Under the pieces are notes generated by a model. The model was not told the DNA's origin. It ran no database searches and saw only the letters and a program-made list of their open reading frames with translations. Both the position numbers and the translations under genes were made by a program. DNA of 62,987 bases, the filler included, from Octopus bimaculoides (Eukaryota), in the NCBI RefSeq assembly GCF_001194135.2. It is 3 parts of 3 records of this genome, joined end to end, with 100 filler letters (N's around TTAATTAATTAA, not from the genome) between each part and the next. Parts side by side here need not be neighbours in the genome. Positions count along the whole stretch, not along the records: positions 48,674 to 62,987 come from NW_026327513.1; 2 more parts are not named here. The stretch is one strand, 5' to 3'. Numbering within the stretch: the stretch's first letter is position 1; each line of letters starts with the position of its first letter. Shown piece by piece: positions 51,117 to 62,987 of the stretch.

Positions 51117-52160
51117 AGTGGGTGGTAGAGGTGATGGTAGTGATGTAGGTGGTGGAGATGATGTTGGTACTGGTAGGTCTTGGTGGTAGCAGAGGTGGTT
51201 ATAGTTTTGTTGTTGTTGGTGGTGGTATTGGTGGTGTTGCTTGAAGTTCTGGTGGTAGTGGAGGCGTGGTGGTAGTGGTATTTGTGTACTTATGGTGTTG
51301 TTATAGTATTGGTGGTGGTGGTGGTGGTGTCGTTTGTAGTTTTAGTGGTGGAGGTGTGGTGGCGGTGCTATGGTTTTGTAATGGTGATGGTTATAGTATT
51401 AGTGGTGGTGGTGATTTTTGTTGGCTGTGATGGTGGTGTTGTGGTGATTCTAATAGCGCTGATGTTGGTGGTGATGATGATGATGTCGGTGGTGGTAGCA
51501 GAAGTGGTAGTGGTGGTGGTGGTTGTGGTTATGGTTTTGGCAGTAGTCGTGTTGATGTAGTGATGGCGGTAGTGCTCGTTGTGGTGGCGAAGGCGATAGT
51601 AACCATAACAACCATAACATAACATTGTTGTGTCTTCAGACCGTTTGTGTTAAATAACGAACGAGGCGTGCTCAGTTCAGAGGGAAGTAGGCGTGGCTAC
51701 ATCTAAACAGCTGACAGAGTGTTAATTTCACTCCTATAGTAGTAGTAGTAGTAGTAGTAGTAGTAGCAGCAACAGCAACAGCAACAACAACAACAACAAC
51801 AGTAGTAGTAGTAGTAGTGGTGGTGGTAGTTGGGTGATGGTGATTATTGTGAATATGGTAGCAATACTACTGCAGTTGCTGCTGCTGATGATGATGATAG
51901 TAGTGGTGGTGGTGGTGGTCGTGGTGGTGGTAATGGTGATCATGACGGTGGTTATGGTAGTGGTGGTGATGGTATGGTGGTGTGGTGGTGGTGGTGGTGA
52001 TGATCTTGGTGGTGGCGGTGATGAAGATGATAGTGATGATGGTGGGGTGTAGTGGTGGTGGTGTCGGTGGTGGTGGTGGTGGTGATGATGATGACGGTGG
52101 TGATGGTGGTGGTGGTAATGGTGGTGTAGTGATAGTGATTGTGGTGGTGGTGGTCGAGTC
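51050..52160. repeat. Low-complexity trinucleotide tract of about 1.1 kb (GGT/GAT/AGT/CAA)
   Basis: Directly visible; explains the poly-V/T/P/H ORFs. Confidence 0.95.
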
Positions 52161-52511
52161 ATTGCAGTTGTCTTTATTGAAAAACAAGAGACGTAGTATG
52201 AATGCCAGAAAGGCTGGCATCAGGGGGTCAAAAACCGAATTTTGGGGTCTCCCATTTCTTTATTTTGTAAATTTCTTTTTACAAAATTGAATTTATTTTC
52301 AGTCTTTCGTTGTTTTATAGTCAGCCGTTGACTATGTTACGGTTATGGTTGTTGTTCGTTAACCCATTAACCCTCTTCGTATATTATTAATTAACTGGAT
52401 TTTGTAAAATTGTGAACACATTATAATAAAATGGTGAATCATCATTTTAAATGGCGGAAACATCCTTTTCAAACCGGGGAAGTCTTATACTACGTTGGAG
52501 AAATATTTGAA

Positions 52512-52875
52512 TTAAATTGGGTTAATATTGTATTAATTTGGGGAAACATATCAAATTAAGAAATCATTATTTCGAAATGGGGAAACATTTTATTAAATTA
52601 CGGTAACATTATCTTTAAATTGGAAATTCATTATATTAAATTGTGAAAACATTGTCTTAAATTACGGAAACATTATATTGAATTGGGGAAACATTGTCTT
52701 AAATTGGGGAAACATTATATTGAATTAGGGAAAAATTACATTAAACAAGGAAAACATTATCTTAAATTGGGGAAATATTTTAATCGGTTGGGAAAACACT
52801 GTCTTAAATTGCGAAAAACATCATATCAAACTGGAAAACATCATAGCAAATTGGCGAAACACTATTTTAAATTTG
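52512..52875. repeat. Degenerate 21-bp minisatellite (consensus about TTGGGGAAACATTATATTAAA)
   Basis: About 17 units; shows as 7-aa periodicity in ORF 52683-52880. Confidence 0.85.
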
Positions 52876-53889
52876 AGTAATATCATTGTTGTTAATTGCG
52901 GTAAAGAAGCTCAAAGGTTTTATTTAATTGACACCTTCTTGAAAGAAATTCATTTTTGGTGGTAATCTTCCATCTAAAAATATGAAGAGACGCGACTGCG
53001 TATATTTCATGGTGTTTGCTTTCAATGTATAATATATTGAAGTGGTCATGGCTGAAACACTTGTGATAAGTTTTCATAACAGAAGCAGATTTGGTATTTG
53101 ACCTTTTCTCAGTTTCGTGTATTATATGTGATACACCGGTCATATTTCCTTGGCGTTCTTGCATTTTATATGATACATATTTACAATTTTTCTCTTCAAT
53201 CACCTGAGTAGCTTCAAACATATGAAAGGAAAACTTTATATTACTCAGAACGCATGAAACGAAGGTTAAGCGTTCATAATCTTCACATCGTTTTGGCTTA
53301 AACAGTCCTCACCGTTTGTTTTTACTGTCTTGTTCTCACTGCCCTGTGTTTGTTACCATTTCTTTCACCCTCCGCAAAAAATCCCAAATTTTATTTAATT
53401 TTCTTTGCGGGCAGGACTGTTTTAACAAACTCGCGTCTCGTCCTTACCTTCGAAACGCGGAGTAGATGAAACAGGGGACAACTGATGATGGGTATGTTCT
53501 TTATGTTGCCTGTCTCATTTCTCTGTTTGTTTGTTTTTTTTTCGTTGTTCGAAAAAAAGTTCGTTTTCTATGTTTTTGTTTGTATGTTTTCGTTTCTCAT
53601 TGTGTCTACATTTTTTTTATGTCCTGTACCTATGTATGCATGTATATATACATATACGTATATATGCATATATTTTGCATATATTTATATATATTATTTA
53701 TATTATTACATGATTGAACGCCACGCATCCTTTTCCAAGTANNNNNNNNNNNNNNNNNNNNNNNNNNNNNNNNNNNNNNNNNNNNNNNNNNNNNNNNNNN
53801 NNNNNNNNNNNNNNNNNNNNNNNNNNNNNNNNNNNNNNNNNNNNNNNNNNNNNNNNNNNNNNNNNNNNNNNNNNNNNATATATGAAGTG

Positions 53890-54040
53890 AGAATTTCTGA
53901 AAAAAACAAAAGACGAAGACAGGCGAGTAAACAACAAATAGATTAATTAGTTTAACGCTCGGGAAGTGAGACAGTCTTTTACATTTCGAGCCTATGCTCT
54001 TCAACAGAAAGGAACACAGAAATAAACAGGAAGAGAAGAT
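53890..54040 (-). repeat. Second copy of the hammerhead-like dispersed repeat (motif 53976-54011)
   Basis: TTAGTTTAACGCTCGGGAAGTGA...CGAGCCTA.GCTCTTC.ACAGAAAGGAACACAGAAA is shared with 10675-10816. Confidence 0.8.
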
Positions 54041-54092
54041 AAAAAAAGTTTAGTGGTTAGCAATCTATCATGGCTGGATTATAAATATGTGC

Positions 54093-54142
<50 letters not shown>

Positions 54143-54603
54143 GTGGTACCGAGAAACTAATATGGTACCAATACACATTACCCATCGACTAAACCAAATT
54201 AAACTTAACTTCTAATATCTAAAAGTCTTAAAGCAAGCATGAACATTTAGGACAAACTTATGAAAATACTTGAACAGGAAAAGGGTTAGCAATAACTAAA
54301 CATCTATAACACTAACTGCACCACCCCTTATATATCTGTAACGATTTAATTGCACTGTGTAATATGCAAAATTAATTTGAATAGCCATAAATGGGGAACA
54401 TTTACTGTACCGACTCCACATAACCTATTTATCTGCGGTAATAACTGCACCAGCATATACAGTAATAATTCTACTAATTTACAGTTATAACTGTATTAAT
54501 CTACATTAATAACTGTACTAATGATTAGCTATTTGTCTACAGCAGCTTTGTAAGATTGAGTGCTCCAATGTTTTTTTAAATATGTAACATTAACTGCACC
54601 AGT

Positions 54604-54830
54604 GAACCCTTCAGCATTCGGGTTATTTTGTCAAATGTAATCTTTATTTATTACCATTGTTTTAATTCATGGTGCATTATTATTATAGCTTCAAGAGTTT
54701 AATGATGTGATTGTTTATATTCGAATGGCATTGTAAGTTACGTGTGAGGGGTTGGATCTGGCCAGTCTGAACATAAAACAGGTTGAATATTTGGGCCTGA
54801 CATGATCAGTTGAAATGTTAAAAGGCTAAC
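54604..54830. mobile_element. Decayed piggyBac-type MITE
   Basis: Imperfect TIR remnants AACCCTTCAGCATT ... AATGTTAAAAGGCTAA, consistent with TTAACCCTTTAGCATT-type ends. Confidence 0.45.
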
Positions 54831-55678
54831 CGTTTTTGAAAGTAGACGGGTACAAGATTACTTTTACGAAATGGTTTTATAATTCTTCTCAATGCTGCAT
54901 TTTTATCCATTACGATATCTGTCACTGTTGTTGTCTCACTGTTCCCAAGTATATATATATATATATATATATNNNNNNNNNNNNNNNNNNNNNNNNNNNN
55001 NNNNNNNNNNNNNNNNNNNNNNNNNNNNNNNNNNNNNNNNNNNNNNNNNNNNNNNNNNNNNNNNNNNNNNNNNNNNNNNNNNNNNNNNNNNNNNNNNNNN
55101 NNNNNNNNNNNNNNNNNNNNNNNNNNNNNNNNNNNNNNNNNNNNNNNNNNNNNNNNNNNNNNNNNNNNNNNNNNNNNNNNNNNNNNNNNNNNNNNNNNNN
55201 NNNNNNNNNNNNNNNNNNNNNNNNNNNNNNNNNNNNNNNNNNNNNNNNNNNNNNNNNNNNNNNNNNNNNNNNNNNNNNNNNNNNNNNNNNNNNNNNNNNN
55301 NNNNNNNNNNNNNNNNNNNNNNNNNNNNNNNNNNNNNNNNNNNNNNNNNNNNNNNNNNNNNNNNNNNNNNNNNNNNNNNNNNNNNNNNNNNNNNNNNNNN
55401 NNNNNNNNNNNNNNNNNNNNNNNNNNNNNNNNNNNNNNNNNNNNNNNNNNNNNNNNNNNNNNNNNNNNNNNNNNNNNNNNNNNNNNNNNNNNNNNNNNNN
55501 NNNNNNNNNNNNNNNNNNNNNNNNNNATATACGTACACACGTGCGTGCTTTTCAAGAATCGGTGTGTCAGTATATCTAGAAATCCTGTTAATTCCAAAAC
55601 ATATACTGTGGTATAATATGAATATTTTTGGTGTAGCTATACTAGAGTTATAGTGTTCAATTTGAATCTGAAATTCGT

Positions 55679-55725
<47 letters not shown>

Positions 55726-56049
55726 CGAGAAAGAGAGCTATGTGTAAACAAAAAAGCAGCATATAATAGACGAAGAAATCTAATGAAAAAAACCCCCAGA
55801 AAATGAAAGAAGGAAAGAGGAGGAGAAGGAAGAAAAAGGAAGGAAAGGAAGAAGAGAGACATTGTGTATTGATAAACATGTGCATTTATTGGTGATTGAT
55901 CTTGCTTGAAGGAAGAAAGACGGACTTTTGTTAAATGCATTGTGCAGTGTTGGTTAAGTGTGACAAAAATGGCGGACAGTGGGGGGGGGGCGGCGGAGTG
56001 GTTAGAGAGGAGGAGGAAGTGGAGATAAAGAGACATCAACAGAAGTTAC

Positions 56050-57010
<961 letters not shown>

Positions 57011-57373
57011 TAAACACTCTAAAACTAAACTACACCCTGCTCAGCATCCTCCATGATATACGGCCAAAATGTATCTAAATTATAGATTAATAACTGTTAT
57101 TTCTTTGTTTAGACTAGAACTGTCCTCTCTTTCTTGTTGTTATTGTTGCTGTTAGTGGTGTTGTTGTTGTAGTTGCTGTTATATTGTTTACTGACAATGT
57201 TATTATTACTGGTAGCTGTTGAAACTATTTTTGCACCGCGTCTTCTGGTTCTTCGTCGTAAGTGCGCGCTCATGAGTTCCGCGCGTGTATGTGTGTGAGT
57301 GTTATAGGTGTGTGTGTGTGTGTGTGTGTGTGTATGAAAGAAAGCGAGAGAGAAAGAGAGAGAGGTGAATCCT

Positions 57374-57454
<81 letters not shown>

Positions 57455-58377
57455 CTTTCTTGCAAAGAAGATGGAATGGAGGGAGAAGAATGAATGGTGT
57501 TGGACAAAGGAAAACAAAGAGTATTAATTTAGAAATAACAAACAGAACAGCAACATCAGCTGCACAAAAAAAAAATAAATAAAAAGAAAGACAAGAACAG
57601 CAGCGCAATCAACGTCAACAACAGCAACAACAACAATGTAAAAATTGCTTTGAAAAAGAAGAAAAATTATGAAGTGTTGCTCGTGAAATCAGCCATCTTG
57701 GTAAACGGTTTCTAAAAGGATATATACGGAGATATTTATGGAGATATCGACCAGTCTTGGTAAGAGAATATAATATGAACCACTGAGGAGGTTTAATAAC
57801 AGTGAAACATGTTTGCCAGTTTAGCCAATGAAAACACACGCACTATATATTTAGTGTTCATTTGCATCAGCTTTATTTTGCATTAGTCGTCTTTCAGCCA
57901 GAGTTCTTTCGTCACACTTCTGTGACCAGGAACAAACAGCAGGTGGAGAAACAGGAGGAGAAACAGGAGGGGGAACAGGAGGAGGAAGAGGATTAAACAA
58001 AAAACGACTCTGCAAATCCGGTGAAGATGTATTTGGCAATGAAGGGCAGTTTGAGAGGCGGGAAAGTCTGTGGTACTTACTTGTTCCGTTTTTATCCCCG
58101 ACATTAGTTTTATTAATAACACTCGCAATTATAAATTCTACATTTTAATAGCCTTTCACTTATTCTTACTTAGACTTTCGATTCTTAATATCCTTCCTGA
58201 GCATGTGTGTGTGTGTGTATGTGTGTGTGTGTGTGTGTGAGTGAGTGTATTAACCTTGTACTTCATGTAATAATATATAATAACCAGATGTTTTACATTT
58301 AACATATCCACCAATTAAATCTAAAAAGCTACCTGAAATCAATACCATCATTTATCTTCTATCTTATACCTTTTAGT

Positions 58378-58585
58378 TTTTACTTGATTCAGTCATTGGA
58401 TTGCGGCCAAGCTGTAGTACTACCTTGAGGGTTTGGAGTTTAGTCAAACAAATCGACCTCCAGTATTTATCTCTGGTAGTGTTTATTTTTTCTGCTTGTA
58501 CATTTTGGTACTTATTCTATCGGTTCCTTTTTGCCAAACCGCTAAGTTACGGGGACAAACACGGACACAAAGGCACACACTTAAG

Positions 58586-58624
<39 letters not shown>

Positions 58625-58764
58625 ATATGTATGTATGTATGTATGTATATATGTATGTATGTATATATGTATGTATGTATATGTATGTATGTATATATAT
58701 GTATATATATATATATGTATGTATATATATGTATATATATAAATATATATATATATATATGTAT

Positions 58765-58807
<43 letters not shown>

Positions 58808-58975
58808 GCATGCATGCACGACGGGCTTCTTTCAGCTTCCGTTTAATAAATCTACTCAGAAAGCTTTGGTCGGCCCGGAACTATAGTAGAAGACATTTGC
58901 CCAAGGTGTTACACAATGAGATTGAACCTAGAACCATGTGGTTTGGAAGTAATTTATTACCAAACAACCGTTTAA
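58378..58975 (-). mobile_element. Full-length SINE family A with expanded (about 220 bp) internal microsatellite
   Basis: Tail at 58378-58580, (TA/TATG)n at about 58585-58810, head at 58820-58975. Confidence 0.85.
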
Positions 58976-59019
58976 ATAGCTAAGCACTATAAAGGACAAA
59001 GACCCCCTTCGATCATGAA

Positions 59020-59335
59020 TTACCATTGGATTGCACCTAGAAAGATCCCCTATGAGGCACAAGTCCGAGCAAGGTTGCTTATGGAAGACCAGCAGTCGTC
59101 CATACATACCAGCCTCCCCTCTACATGCTACTGATGTCATCCAAGAGAAAGGCAAAGGGGCCGATATAGCTTGTTACCAGTGACATCGCAACTCGTTTCT
59201 ACGGCAGAGTGAACTGGAGCAACGTGAAATAAAGTGCCTTGTTCAAGAACACAAACACACAACCTGGTCCAGGATTCGAACTCACTACCTCAGAATTGTG
59301 ATCCCGATGCTCTAAAAACTGCGTCGTACGTGTGC
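59020..59335 (-). mobile_element. tRNA-derived SINE family C variant
   Basis: Reverse complement contains a GAGTTCGAATCC B-box and GTGTTCTTGAACAAGGCACTTTATTTCACGTTGCTCCAG, as in the 12064 copy. Confidence 0.8.
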
Positions 59336-60179
59336 ATAAATCCTTTCTTTTATCGGTATTTGATTAACTAATATTCGATATAGATACCCTTAGAATATTG
59401 TACAAAAACTCTTGTTTTAACCCAATTAAATTTCATCTTTAAAAATTATAATTCTATCTTGAATTATTCCACCCTGATTTTTTCCTTTTTTTTTCTATTC
59501 TATCAAAAAAAAAAAAAAAAAANNNNNNNNNNNNNNNNNNNNNNNNNNNNNNNNNNNNNNNNNNNNNNNNNNNNNNNNNNNNNNNNNNNNNNNNNNNNNN
59601 NNNNNNNNNNNNNNNNNNNNNNNNNNNNNNNNNNNNNNNNNNNNNNNNNNNNNNNNNNNNNNNNNNNNNNNNNNNNNNNNNNNNNNNNNNNNNNNNNNNN
59701 NNNNNNNNNNNNNNNNNNNNNNNNNNNNNNNNNNNNNNNNNNNNNNNNNNNNNNNNNNNNNNNNNNNNNNNNNNNNNNNNNNNNNNNNNNNNNNNNNNNN
59801 NNNNNNNNNNNNNNNNNNNNNNNNNNNNNNNNNNNNNNNNNNNNNNNNNNNNNNNNNNNNNNNNNNNNNNNNNNNNNNNNNNNNNNNNNNNNNNNNNNNN
59901 NNNNNNNNNNNNNNNNNNNNNNNNNNNNNNNNNNNNNNNNNNNNNNNNNNNNNNNNNNNNNNNNNNNNNNNNNNNNNNNNNNNNNNNNNNNNNNNNNNNN
60001 NNNNNNNNNNNNNNNNNNNNNNNNNNNNNNNNNNNNNNNNNNNNNNNNNNNNNNNNNNNNNNNNNNNNNNNNNNNNNNNNNNNNNNNNNNNNNNNNNNNN
60101 NNNNNNNNNNNNNNNNNNNNNNNNNNNNNNNNNNNNNNNNNNNNNNNNNNNNNNNNNNNNNNNNNNNNNNNNNNNNNNN

Positions 60180-60216
<37 letters not shown>

Positions 60217-60861
60217 ATATTGCCTTATAGCAATTTCGGTTAAATGATGATTAATTTATAAAGATATCCAAATACGGCCGTTATTCTTAAAATGTTTTAT
60301 TTAATGAATAAAAAAAAGCAAGTCATTAGAACATCTGTGTATGTGTGTGTGTGTGTGTTCGTGTGTGTATAATTATATATTTAATTACACACACGCACGT
60401 GCACACACAAGATAATTCTCCATGCCGGCATTCAAGTTTGTCGACAGAGCTCATCAAAATATGAACTAGTTTTGTGATGCAAGCAGGAAAAAAACTGAAC
60501 CCAAAACAAGAGTGCATGTATATATATTTGTTTGAGTCATTTGACTGCGGCCATGCTGGAGCAATATACGGACAAAGACTGTGTCGATAGCCGGCTGTAA
60601 AAGATGATTTCTTGGAGCTTAAACAACAGTAACATCGTCCTTTAAAGGACCACCACATTCGGTTGGCAAATAAACTTTATTACGCATAAATACATACATG
60701 TTATGTATGGATGGATGTATGTATGTATGTATGTATGGATGGATGGATGGATAGCAAAAATGTAGGAGTGCATAAAAGTATATCTAAGAGTATATATAAC
60801 CATATCTGTTCCTTCCCAGTCGCTGTCTTTCACATACAAAGAGACATTTCTCTGTAGTACG

Positions 60862-60901
<40 letters not shown>

Positions 60902-61254
60902 TAGAAGGAAGAGATACTGCATGCTGTTATGTTTATTACGGGTAAATGTATATGTGTCTGTCTACATGAGATTTACTATGTTACGTGTATTAATGTACGT
61001 GGCTGCATGTCCCGGAGTTTATAAGCGTGTGCGCGTGTGTGTGAGAGAGAGCACGAGAGAGAGACAGGCAAGCAGAGAGAGGGAACTGAAAGAAAAAGAA
61101 AAAAGAAAGGAAGGAAGATGAGGAAAAAAGAAAGGAAGGAAGATGAGGAAAAAGAATGAAATGAAAACTGAAAAGAAAAGATTCCAAATGAGTCCATGTT
61201 GAAGGTAGAGAAAATAGAAAGACAAAAACAAGGTGTACATATATTGCAATTGGT

Positions 61255-61282
61255 ATGTATATCTTTATATACATCTATGCGT

Positions 61283-61324
<42 letters not shown>

Positions 61325-61334
61325 NNNNNNNNNN

Positions 61335-61369
<35 letters not shown>

Positions 61370-61486
61370 TATACAAGCACACACATATATATATATAGAT
61401 ACATATATATATAGGTACAGACGTGTATATATATGATTGTGTAGGTAAGTATGAAGGCATTTTGGTATGTATATAGGCATACACTA

Positions 61487-61532
<46 letters not shown>

Positions 61533-61606
61533 CACATATATATTCATATATATGAGTATATTTTTACATTTACACACTTATATATAAATATACATACATA
61601 CATATG

Positions 61607-61638
<32 letters not shown>

Positions 61639-62101
61639 TGTATGTATGTATGTATGTATGTATGCTTAATATACGTAGATGTGTATGTGTATATATTCAT
61701 ACGTATATATATATATAAATTATATATACTATATATATTTACATATGTATATGTATATATATGAATAAATAAATATATAGAAAATACTGGTTTTTACTTA
61801 TATNNNNNNNNNNNNNNNNNNNNNNNNNNNNNNNNNNNNNNNNNNNNNNNNNNNNNNNNNNNNNNNNNNNNNNNNNNNNNNNNNNNNNNNNNNNNNNNNN
61901 NNNNNNNNNNNNNNNNNNNNNNNNNNNNNNNNNNNNNNNNNNNNNNNNNNNNNNNNNNNNNNNNNNNNNNNNNNNNNNNNNNNNNNNNNCATACATACAT
62001 ATATACATATACATGCATATATATATAGACATATATACGTGTGTGTATATACATATATATAGACATATATACGTGTGTGTATATATATATAGACATATAT
62101 A

Positions 62102-62135
<34 letters not shown>

Positions 62136-62149
62136 GACATATATACGTC

Positions 62150-62196
<47 letters not shown>

Positions 62197-62248
62197 CGAA
62201 GGAAGCAAATAGATAGCAACATAATGTGAATAATGTGATCACATGAAA

Positions 62249-62279
<31 letters not shown>

Positions 62280-62449
62280 TAGAAAAATGTGTAAAGCAAG
62301 AGACACAGACAAAGAGACTGAGACAGAGAGAGAGAGAAGGAGAAAGAGATAGACAGAGAGAGAGAGAATGAGTGAGGCAAAACAAGAGAACAAGAAATAA
62401 GGAACGAGTGGGAGATAGAGGGTAAGAGACAGAGAGAGGGAGAGAGAAG

Positions 62450-62497
<48 letters not shown>

Positions 62498-62500
62498 AGA
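61255..62500. repeat. Compound (TA)/(TATG)/(GA) microsatellite field
   Basis: Directly visible. Confidence 0.95.
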
Positions 62501-62987
62501 ACGGTGAGATAAAGCGTGGGAGAAGAAGGAGCAAGGGACGTACAGACGATTTGGATTAAGCGCGAGCTCTAACGTAAGCTGAACCTTCAAATAAAAGAAA
62601 ATGAGATTGCTGTCTCCCCGCCGCCATTTTCCCTTCTACCGCACTGTATTTCCCGCCATTTGCCGTCCAACGGAGATGTCCGCCATTACAATGGTGAATC
62701 ACAGACAACAATTGAAGGCAATTACTCTAACCGATTGCTTTCTGGTTTTCTGCTCAATAAAAGCCGAAAGAGGAGTTGTTGCTGTTGTTGTTGTTGTTGT
62801 TGTTCGTGGTGGTGGTGGTGGTGGCGATAGTCGAATCGAAGTTGTTGTTGTTGTCGTTGTTAATGGTGATGGCTGTGGTAGAGAAGGAGCCGACGGGGTG
62901 GGATTCCGGAGTGCAGTATACTCGGTTTAACAGTAAAACTTTATTAAAGGAAACGATGTGTGCATGTATGCATGTGTCTCAGTGTGT

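Noticed and set aside
51050-52290. Mucin-like or His/Pro-rich ORFs
   Set aside because: Pure trinucleotide low-complexity sequence that is open in several frames on both strands.
57851-58039. Proline-rich minus-strand ORF
   Set aside because: Driven by a short GGA-rich repeat, with no homology recognised.

Overview
AT-rich eukaryotic draft scaffold. It is heavily gapped (about a quarter N) and saturated with (TA/CA/TATG/TCTA/AAT)n microsatellites and tRNA-derived SINEs. The repeat families resemble those I recall from octopus/coleoid cephalopod genomes; this is inference, not a database result. Only one host gene is supportable: two + strand exons of a TMEM26-like membrane protein (25589-25657 and 29162-29394, phase-compatible), with later exons not found in the readable sequence. 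The rest is decayed mobile DNA: R4/Dong-type RLE non-LTR fragments, a CR1/L2-type 3' end, a Penelope-like GIY-YIG remnant, piggyBac, maT (DD37D) and Chapaev3-like transposase pseudogenes, several MITEs and three SINE families. The most notable structure invisible to the ORF track is a set of type I hammerhead ribozyme motifs. One (39157-39291, minus strand) has an intact catalytic core and an unusually long helix II. Others near 10.5, 10.8, 32.4, 48.3 and 54.0 kb are variant or decayed. A tRNA-like cloverleaf sits inside a duplicated unit near 5.5 kb. Nearly all listed ORFs are microsatellite or N artefacts. All family assignments come from motif recognition by eye.
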